From Bacteroidales bacterium (GTDB lineage: Bacteria > Bacteroidota > Bacteroidia > Bacteroidales > 4484-276): a stretch of DNA of 64,000 nt. Under the pieces are notes generated by a model. That model saw only the letters and a program-made list of their open reading frames with translations, ran no database searches and was not told the origin of the DNA. Of this stretch, positions 1-8,900 are shown piece after piece. Location: assembly GCA_036794825.1 (NCBI GenBank), contig DAIRGA010000009.1:1697-65696 (forward strand). The letters are read 5' to 3'. The position numbers were made by a program, and so were the translations under genes. Within the stretch, counting starts at the first letter, position 1. Every line of letters begins with the position of its first letter.

Positions 1-209
1 GAACCACTATTTCCAACCCTGATCGAACTGTTATTGCCCATGTACAGGGTGGCTCCCTGACTCACCCTGAAAACGCCAGACTGAATACTCAGTTCACCGC
101 TTACCATAAAATTGGTTCCCGGTACCAGATTCACCGAAACACCCTGCTGGTAAACCTGGCTTTCGGCGATTAGAGGAATGATAAGTGAAAGTATTATTAA
201 TTTCCTCAT
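1..209 (-). CDS. 5' part of an exported protein of unknown function (continues beyond the window start)
   Basis: ATG at 207-209 (minus) lies 13 nt downstream of the stop of the 222..2861 gene. My translation MRKLIILSLIIPLIAESQVYQQGVSVNLVPGTNFMVSGELSIQSGVFRVSQGATLYMGNNSSIRVGNSG stays open to the window edge and starts with a signal-peptide-like segment. It is truncated and absent from the supplied ORF track. Confidence 0.4.
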   Translation of the reverse strand, partial: MRKLIILSLIIPLIAESQVYQQGVSVNLVPGTNFMVSGELSIQSGVFRVSQGATLYMGNNSSIRVGNSG

Positions 210-221
210 AGCCCGGTGTCT

Positions 222-2861
222 TTATCGGTTTGTACCTGTTGCTGCATTTTGCTCAACTGCCAGGATACGCTTTTTGAGCGCATCCATTTCATTCTGCAGA
301 ACGGAAATGGAACGTTGCTGATCTTCAATCATGGTCTGTTGCTCCATGATGAGCGCCTGTTGTTCCTGAATAGCTTTCACAAGTGGAACCACAAATTCGC
401 CATAACGGAGCCCGTAATAGTCATTTTCGTTTTTTGGTGCATCCACTCCGCTGAAATCAAAACCTGCAGCTTTGGAAGCTGCTTCTACCTCCTGGGCAAC
501 AAAGCCTGTAATTGGCCTGTCAGATTTGCCAACAATGTTTTCTTTTTCCCTGATACTATCGGGCAATTTCAGAAAGCCGGCATAAGCATCATGGTCGAAA
601 TGGTAGGTTACCGGCCTTAGTTTCATAATAAATCCAAGCCCGGGAACATCTTCCTTAATTTCTTTCTTGAACCTTTCGTCCGAAAGGGTGGTCCAGCCAA
701 CCTTACCTCCGATACTGGTGATGTATCCGTCCCCAATACGCACCTGGTTATTGGCAGTGACGGCAGTATTAGCTCCGATGGCAGTGGAATTGTCAAAATC
801 GTAGAAAAGAAATGCCTGAGAACCCAGGGCAGTATTGTAACTCCCAAGTTGTACACCAGAGAGTGATACACTTCCAATTGCCGTATTATCGTGACCTGTT
901 TTGTTTTGTGACAGCGCCAATGCACCAAATGCAGAATTACTTAATCCCTGGGTGTTATGGATAAGCGATCCAAAACCAATAGCGGTATTATAATCGCCCG
1001 ATGTATTGTCTTTCAACGCTTCATGGCCAACGGCTGTATTGAAGTAGCCTTCGGTGTTCGATTTCTGGGCGTACGTTCCGAGGGCTGTGTTATACTCCCC
1101 GTCGATGTTTGCATGAAGGGCATAATAGCCGCTTGCTACGTTATAATTACCCACAGTATTGTTGGCAAGTGCATAATAACCCGTTGCAGTATTATAAATA
1201 CCCCCGGTGTTGTAATAAAGCGACCAGTAACCGTTGGCTGTATTACCAAAACCAACATTGTTGGTGAACAAAGCGCCAGAGCCGGTAGCGGTATTAAATG
1301 AACCTGTATTATTGGCCAGAGCCGTGAAACCTGTAGCTGTGTTTCCACTGCCGCCGGTATTTTGTTCCAAAGCCGATACGCCCGTTGCCGTGTTTTCAAT
1401 TCCATTGATATTTCTGTACATAGCCCTTGAACCTATAGCCACATTGTTGGAACCAAAAGTATTTGCCTGAAGAGCCTCATGACCAACGGCGCTGTTTGAC
1501 AGTCCAAATAAATTTGAGTACATCGTTCTGTAGCCCAGGGCAACATTGTTTTGTCCCATCTGGTTGGAGTAAAGCGCCTCTGCACCCACCGCAACGTTGA
1601 AATATCCTGCCGAATTGGAAAACAATGCCAAAGATCCGACGGCAACATTTTTGTCGCCGTTTGAATTATTATGAATGGCCTGGTAACCAATGGCCGTATT
1701 ATCCGATCCCACGCCGGACGTGTAAAGTGAACCCGAACCTAAGGCAATATTTCTGCTACCTTTCACCGACCTGCCGGCAAAAAAGCCCACTGCAACATTA
1801 TCTGAACCGTCAGTATTTCCATACATGGCTTCTGTTCCAAAGGCCGAATTGCGTGACCCGGTAATGTTAGCAGTAAGGACCGATATTCCAAATCCGCTGT
1901 TATTGGAGCCGGTAGTATTATTTGCCATGGCGTCTTCTCCGAAGGCCGCATTACTATTACCTGTGGTCAATTTGGTCAGGGCCACGCTTCCGAAGGCTGA
2001 ATTCCCGCCGGTTTGTGCATTGCTGAGCGCTGCATATCCAACTGCTGTTGAGCCGCCCTCACCATCATAATTCCCAAGGGCAAAAGCGCCAATGGCTGTG
2101 TTGTAACTGCCATACCGGTTGGTAAGCAGCGCTCCTGCCCCGACAGAAGTATTAAATTCTCCATAAATGAGTGAATGTGAGGCAGAATCACCAACTGCTG
2201 TATTCTTGTTACCCATCTGGTTTTCAAAAAGAGCATCGCTGCCAATGGCCGTGTTTCCTCTCCCTTCAAGGTTACTGAATAGTGACAGGGAGCCAAGGGC
2301 TGTATTTTGCGAACCTGCGGTATTGGAATATCCCGATCGATACCCGGCAAATACATTCCGGTTATCGTCCCGTTCATCGCTGGCCCCTGCATCCTGGCCA
2401 AGAAACAGCGATTTGCCGGTATTGAATACCTCCATTTGCCCTTTCCTGGTAAACCGCACCCGCAGAGTATCATTAGTTCTGAAATCAAGGTCCTGCGCAT
2501 CGGTAGTACCTATAAAATTTGTGCCCGTAGCGGTGCCTGAATTGCCCAGTAATCCCCAGCCTCCCGAAGAAGTTTGAGAGAGGTTTGTCCAGGAAGTGCC
2601 ATTATAAAAGTAAAAACTATTGTTGTTGGTAATATAAACCAGCAGCCCGGTTGCCGGGTTTTCAATGGCATCACGCTGGATAAGCGTCATGCGGGGTACC
2701 AGCATTCCCTTGTCGGTCGACTGGATATCCAGCATTGCCGATGGATCGGGTGTGGAAACACTTTCGCTGATGGCTACCCCCTGGGCAGAAAGGGTTCCTG
2801 ACAATTGAAGAAAAAGAAGTGATACAATTACAAGAATGATTGATTTAAACTGTGATTTCAT
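222..2861 (-). CDS. Sec-exported tail-fibre-like protein: NTAxG (Hep_Hag-like) repeat array, peptidase S74 intramolecular chaperone domain and C-terminal coiled coil
   Basis: 879-aa ORF with an ATG start and signal peptide MKSQFKSIILVIVSLLFLQLSGTLSAQG. It has a long array of NTA(I/V/L)G repeats. The C-terminus reads LSDERFKKEI...LRPVTYHFD...GFVAQEVE...YGLRYGEFVVPLVKAIQEQQ, which is typical of the endosialidase-type chaperone domain. A Q/E-rich heptad tail follows. Confidence 0.85.
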   Translation of the reverse strand: MKSQFKSIILVIVSLLFLQLSGTLSAQGVAISESVSTPDPSAMLDIQSTDKGMLVPRMTLIQRDAIENPATGLLVYITNNNSFYFYNGTSWTNLSQTSSGGWGLLGNSGTATGTNFIGTTDAQDLDFRTNDTLRVRFTRKGQMEVFNTGKSLFLGQDAGASDERDDNRNVFAGYRSGYSNTAGSQNTALGSLSLFSNLEGRGNTAIGSDALFENQMGNKNTAVGDSASHSLIYGEFNTSVGAGALLTNRYGSYNTAIGAFALGNYDGEGGSTAVGYAALSNAQTGGNSAFGSVALTKLTTGNSNAAFGEDAMANNTTGSNNSGFGISVLTANITGSRNSAFGTEAMYGNTDGSDNVAVGFFAGRSVKGSRNIALGSGSLYTSGVGSDNTAIGYQAIHNNSNGDKNVAVGSLALFSNSAGYFNVAVGAEALYSNQMGQNNVALGYRTMYSNLFGLSNSAVGHEALQANTFGSNNVAIGSRAMYRNINGIENTATGVSALEQNTGGSGNTATGFTALANNTGSFNTATGSGALFTNNVGFGNTANGYWSLYYNTGGIYNTATGYYALANNTVGNYNVASGYYALHANIDGEYNTALGTYAQKSNTEGYFNTAVGHEALKDNTSGDYNTAIGFGSLIHNTQGLSNSAFGALALSQNKTGHDNTAIGSVSLSGVQLGSYNTALGSQAFLFYDFDNSTAIGANTAVTANNQVRIGDGYITSIGGKVGWTTLSDERFKKEIKEDVPGLGFIMKLRPVTYHFDHDAYAGFLKLPDSIREKENIVGKSDRPITGFVAQEVEAASKAAGFDFSGVDAPKNENDYYGLRYGEFVVPLVKAIQEQQALIMEQQTMIEDQQRSISVLQNEMDALKKRILAVEQNAATGTNR
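357..683 (-). other. Peptidase S74 / intramolecular chaperone auto-processing domain (inside 222..2861)
   Basis: Motifs SDERFK, GFVAQEVE and YGLRYGEFV are present. The predicted self-cleavage Ser is the S of LSDERFK (codon about 681-683). Confidence 0.7.
726..2408 (-). repeat. Tandem ~14-residue NTA(I/V/L)G-x-x-A-(L/M)-x-x-N repeats (roughly 35-40 units) encoded inside 222..2861
   Basis: The periodicity can be read directly, e.g. GNTAIGSDALFENQMGNKNTAVGDSASHSLIYGEFNTSVGAGALLTNRYGSYNTAIGAFALGNY. The repeats lack stop codons, so they generate many shadow ORFs in other frames and on the opposite strand. Confidence 0.75.
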
Positions 2862-2921
2862 ATTATACTTTTTTCATTGTTAAACATTGATGGATTGATA
2901 TGAAATTAAATCATTGCATTA

Positions 2922-5900
2922 TTATTGTTTGATTACTTTTGATATGATCATACCCTCATTAAGGGTGATATTAAACTGATAAATCCCCCTTGGAAATCCA
3001 GACAAATCAACCACTTCCCGGGTTTGACCTTTCCCAATGATTTCCATTTTAAGCGCTCCCACCGTGTTATAGATTTTAATGTTTTCAATACCGGATATGC
3101 TTTGGATCGTCACAATGGACGTGGCTGGGTTAGGGAAAACCGACCATACCAATGCGTTGTTGCCGATCCCGGTGGTTTCCCTTTTCAACTCCATGATCAT
3201 GGATAAACCTTCAGGTGAAAATGTTCCATCGTGGTTGGGCAGATTTTTATCAAAAACGGCATTCAACATCCATTCTTCGCTGGTTGACGGCCTGAAAATC
3301 CTGAAATGCATCTCATCATTGGCATTAAATCCATCTTTCACAGGGGTAAGCACATCATTGGCATAAGCTGATAAAGAAGTATTTTGAGTTGTATTTCCGG
3401 CTTCGGAAATTCCAACACAAAGCCCATCAGGTGTAAATACTCCGATAATGTCACCTTCGTCCAAAATCTTTAAGGCATCTGCCTCAATTCCGATAACGTG
3501 ACTTGAACCTGTTCTGATGACAGTATTCCAGGGTGTCACAGGATCGTTTTCTGGCTCGGCAGAGGTGAATGATTTACCATCCAGGTTGTTTGGAAAAATA
3601 ACCGAACCTGATGAGTTCATGCGAACAAAATAGGATTTGCCAGGTGAAAGGTGTTCCAGTGTGGTGATTCCAAATTCCGGCCAATAGATTTTGCTACCTG
3701 CTGCTTCTTTTACGATTTGAAGATTACTTCCCAAACCATCGAACAACTCCACAGTACCTACCTCAGTATTGCTGATCACCGGGATGAGGTTCCATCCGTT
3801 GGTGAGGTTCAGGGTTTTGTTATGTTCCGGTAAGCCGGCAAAGGGCAAAGTAAATGCCTCTTCCATTTTTATCAGATACGCCGACTGGCTGAACCAGTTT
3901 CCGATGGTGTTGATACCCGATCCCGGATAATAAATCCCGGAAAGATTCTGGAGTATGGTGAAATTATCCCCAGCCGGGGCAAAAAGGGCCGGAAGCGAGG
4001 TTTCGGCTGGCATGATATAGCTCGATAATCCGCTCCAACCTGCCGGCAGGGTAATGTGATGAATCGCAGGGGTTCCCTGCCAGTTGACGCGGTCAAAGGG
4101 ATCGTTTTCAAACAGTTCAGCTGCATATTCGCCACTGTACTGCATGAAAGTGATGCTTCCCGAATTCACAGTTTTAGCCACATTGTACTGGCCGTTCCAG
4201 GTATTTTCCGGGAAGATGGCGCCGGTACTTACCAATTCCTGGCTGCTGTTCATTGTGAGCAATACGCCGGAAGGCTGTCCCTGCCTGAAAGTACAGTAAT
4301 TGAAAACTTTGGCCGGATCCATCATCGCACCTTCACTGATGTATATCCCGTCGCTGCCCATGTGTTCAAATACCGTGTATTCGGCCCCAAAATTTCCGCC
4401 CGGCTGTACCGAAAATGAATAGTTACCTGCCGACGCCTGAGTAACCAGGGCTTCCTGCCCGGCTGATCCGGTTGAAATGAAGGTACCGCCAACGTAAACG
4501 GTCAGATTACTGTTCAGTTTCAACACCGAAGAGGCACCCATGTCAAGCATACCTCCGTTATCTATGGTAACGGCACCATTACAGGTGAGCTTAAATGCCT
4601 GACTCCCCGTATTGAGTTTTCCGTTAAGGATATCGAGGTTCCCGTTAATCCTCAGATCGCCGCCCAGGTTCATATCATTACCGGTAAATACCAGACCGGT
4701 TTTGCCATTCCGGTTTGTGCCCGGGACAAGGGTAACGTTTTTAGCTCCTCCCGGTTTATTGATTTCGAGGTGGTGGAAGTTTTCGGCGGAACAGAACTGA
4801 GTGGTGGTTCCGTTGAAAACAACGCTTCCGGTGGTTTCCTCAAAACCGGCATCGCCAATGTTATTGTTCCAGTTGCCTGCAATGGAAATTGTTTTGTGGT
4901 TCGCATTCAGGGTTCCCTGTAAAATTTCCAGGTTTCCGTTTATTATTACATCATCGTAAACCATGATGGAGGATCTTGGCTTATCAATCACCACATTACT
5001 AAAATAATTCCCGCCAACTGCCTGAATATAATCCCCCGGACTCAGGTTGACAAACTCAACGGTTCCGGCCGATGGCTGAAACGTGCCCGGCGCCTGTGCT
5101 GTCAGGCTTCTTCCCAGCTTAAGGGTTCCTCCCGAAATCTGGTCATTGAAAGTGGCTCCAAGGGTTACACTGCGGTTGGGAAATTCGACAATACCGGTGG
5201 TCAGGATCATCGTTCCGTTCAGGGAAACTATGCCGTTGGAACCATGATTGACGAACGATCCGGCACCTACATTCAGAACTCCCGTTGCGGGCAGGGAAAT
5301 ATCATTATATACATCGGCTACAGATCCTGATGAAAGATTCAGGGTGCCCTCAAGGATCAGATTTCCTCCAACCGAGATGTCAGCCCCTTCGGTCATCGAC
5401 AATACCACCCCGGGTTGAATGGTGGTGTTAAAACCGACCAGAAGACCGGTAGCGAGGTCAGGGACAATCGCTCCGTTCTCTATCAGCAGGTTACCTGCCA
5501 CCCGGGTGGGATAATATCCGGTTACTTCTTTGAAATTCAACGGATTTGTAAATGAGGAGGACACTATCGTCAGGTTGCCGAATTCGGCATCATCATCCTC
5601 CGAAGGAGACAGATTCCGGATTATGGCCGTATTGCCCGTTCCCAGTTTTGCTTGCGTACCGTTGGCAAATTTCCAGTGGGTGGCGCTAATGGTGCCATGG
5701 GTAATCCCAGCCTGGGAGCCCTCATTCCAGGTAATGTCCGGAGTACTGAGATAATCAGGCGCCTGGGTCATTTTCAGGGTGGCAGAATTGATGGAAACCG
5801 CCTGGTAACAGGTTACCGTACTGGCGTTAAGATCAAAAGTTCCGGCATTAAGCATCAGGTTGCCGTCAATTCTAAGCTGATTGCTGTAAACGAAAACGGT

Positions 5901-8900
5901 ACTGGCTCTGGTTTGCGGAATTTTAAGGCCTTTCCTGTCAGTTATGACGGGTAAAGTTACTTCTCCGTCGAATGTGCCTTTGTTGATGATGACATTTCCA
6001 AACTGACAATCAGAAGCCGTAGCGATGCTGGCATCGGCGCTGCCATACATTTCAAAGGTACTGCTCAGATTCACAAACCCCGGGTTCATGTTGTTGATAC
6101 TGCCCACCGTGCGGATGATTCCTCCCTCAATATAAGTATCGAAAGTATAATTTGGGAGATCAAGCATCCTGATACCCCTGTCCTTAAAATCGAGTACGCC
6201 ACCGTACATGGTGAGCGAGCCGCTGGCCGCGTATGGCCAGTCGCTGTCGGCGCTGCCTCCGTACACATTGAACTGGCCGCCGTTGATCAGCAGGTTGCCG
6301 TTTAGATCAATCCACTGGTCGTTGGTGAGGTTGATAACACCGCCCTCGTGGAGAGTGTAGTTTCCAAAAATACCGTTATCGAACAGGTCACCGGCCGTAA
6401 AGGTACCGGCCAGCACTTCAATGCCCCCGGAAGTCCAGTCGTACTGACTGCAGTTTACCAAAATCCCCGGGTTATTGATTTTGAACAGGCCACCGGTATT
6501 GATTTCAAGTATGTTGAAAGTTTCACTGCTGAGCATATTCTGATTGGCTGACCCGTTGAATACTACCCGGCTGCCCGTTTCCAGGAATGCGGCATCGCCT
6601 GCGGTGTTCTTCCAGTCTCTGCCCACTTGGATGGTTCGGTTTTGTGCATTGAGAATTCCTGATGTAATGGTAAGATTGCCTTTAACATTAAGGACAGAGG
6701 TCTGTATGTTGTCAATCAGCACGATACCGGTCTGGTTAAATTCAAGATGGTTAAAATAATCATTCAGATTGGGCTTGATGAACTGATTCGTCCCTTTCAG
6801 CGCAACCGTACCGGCTGAACAATTCAGCGTGCCATTGCTGCTGATGTTACCATGGATATAAACCGTTTGAAGTGTGGAGATATTCATCTGAGCCCCGTTT
6901 TGGATGTACAGGTTCCCTTTTATGGTAATATTTTGTGATCCGCCGGCAATGGTAACCAACTGACCGCCGGTTTTTTCCACATTCACATTATTGAACGACA
7001 GTTCATTGCCATTCCCTGAATTTATGATAACGGACGGGGTTTCTCCTGTAAACCGTACTGTTCCTGACATGAGGTTACAATTGGCTCCGGCGTTCACCCT
7101 CCAGTCGCCGTTTACATAACATTCAGCCGCTGCCGAAAAATTGGCTATCGAACCGCTTTCCCAGAATACATCGCGCAACACGTTCAGTTTGCCTGTTGCG
7201 CCGTTCATCACCAGGCTGCCATGAATGGTTACATCGAGGTTAACGTTGAGGTTGTAATTCCCAATCGTAAGGGTGGCTGAAGGGTTGATCACCAGGAAAC
7301 GACACGATGCATTGTTGTTGCTGATCACAGGCATCTGGTAGGGTGGCGACCAGGGGATAATCACATCCATGGTTGATGTTGGAAGTATTCCGGCGCTCCA
7401 GTTGGCCGGGTTGTGCCAGTCGCTACTTACCGTGCCTTTCCAGGTGCCGGGCGCTTCGGCAAAATCGATATAGAATTTGTGGGCTCCGGGGGTATTGTCC
7501 ACATCCACCACCATAAAATAATAGGTAGTAAAGGCGGTTAGCGCCAGGGTGCCGTATTTACCCGGCCCGCTGATATTCTGAATACAGTTCCACACTGTTG
7601 AGGAACAGGAACCCGATTTCCATAGATAGGCTGCCGAACCGGAAGCGGAGCTCACCTGAACGGAGTAATTGCCTGTTGTGATAGGGGTAAAGCTATAGAT
7701 CTGCTCCAATCCCGCCGCCAGGGTACCGCAAGGCGTTGAAGAATTGGTGTACCAACTGCCGTTATAACCGCCATTATAGGTTTGCTGGTAGGAGGAGCCG
7801 GTACCGCCTATGTTGATGATGTTCTGGCAGGGATCCCAGGCAATATAAAACGCATGGGTTACCGGAGACGTGGTCTCCGGATCGAGAAGCAGCTGATATT
7901 GAACTCCTTTGATGAGGTTCAGAGAACCATAGGTACCCTGCGAATACACATCGTCAATACAGGTCCAGCCGGATGAACTGCAGGTACCGGTTCGATACAT
8001 GTAATCCACCCAGGTATTGTTGGTGAGGGGTACTTCGAGCCGGTAGATGCCGGTTTCGGGAGCGGTAAAAGTGTAAATCTGCTCCACCCCGGGACAGGAA
8101 TAGCCGCAGGCCGAGTTGGTACCTGTATTCCAGATACCGGTTCCACTTCGGGTGAAAAGCTGCACATTGGCAAAACCGCCGTAGCCCATATCGATAAAAC
8201 CAGAGCAGGGATTGCCATAACCGGTAAGGGGTATTATTTTTGGGGAAGCCACATTGTCGGCATTGTGGGTGATAACTAATTGTGCCGACTTAGGGCCGGA
8301 AGAGGACGGGCTGAACCGCACCTGGAACGAACCTCCGAAACCCGGACTCAGATAGAATGAAGGTCCACCGATGATGGAAAAATCAGCAGCATCGGGTCCG
8401 GATATGGTAATATTGTAAACTTCGAGGTTGAGATTATTGGGCCGGGTTCCCGTATTATTGACCGAGAACGGAAAAGTATTTGCGCCTCCCACATCGGCAA
8501 TGCCAAAATCCCACGATAAGGAAGGAATGGTAGTCAGCACAGCGCCGTTGCCCCCGAGGGAACTGTTCAGCCAATACTGAAGGTTGTTGTTGGGATAGGA
8601 AAGTTGAAACTTTCCCCATATCCCGTCAAACGAAGAAAAATTGCACTCATCCCAGGATGGGTTATGGCATGTACCATACAATTGACCTACCACATGTCCG
8701 CTGGTATTCACAATTACACTTCCTGAACTTCCCGGTGAACTCTGCCCGGCATAGGTAGTGGTGTGGAAATACCTCGAAATGGGAAGATTGTTGCAATCAT
8801 ACTCTGGAGTATACAGGTTTTTATACCGTGAATATTTTTGTTTTTGTCCTCCGGGATGATGCACTGCATGCAGGGTTTCACCATTACCCACGTTAGCGGT

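Noticed and set aside
216-2801. Many 60-175-aa ORFs on both strands and in alternative frames inside the 222..2861 gene (e.g. 216-620 +, 1976-2500 -, 2167-2577 +).
   Set aside because: They are shadow ORFs produced by the stop-poor NTAxG repeat DNA. Their translations are low-complexity and lack starts with any context, and they are fully nested in a gene with clear domain content.
3872-4135. An 87-aa alternative-frame ORF resembles another alternative-frame ORF at 11027-11302. At first sight this looked like a conserved overlapping gene.
   Set aside because: Both lie in the homologous 3' blocks of the two tandem giants. The similarity simply reflects nucleotide-level conservation of the main frame (e.g. 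37/42 identity at 4010-4051 versus 11167-11208). The translations are Arg/Pro/Ser-rich, as is typical of out-of-frame reading.
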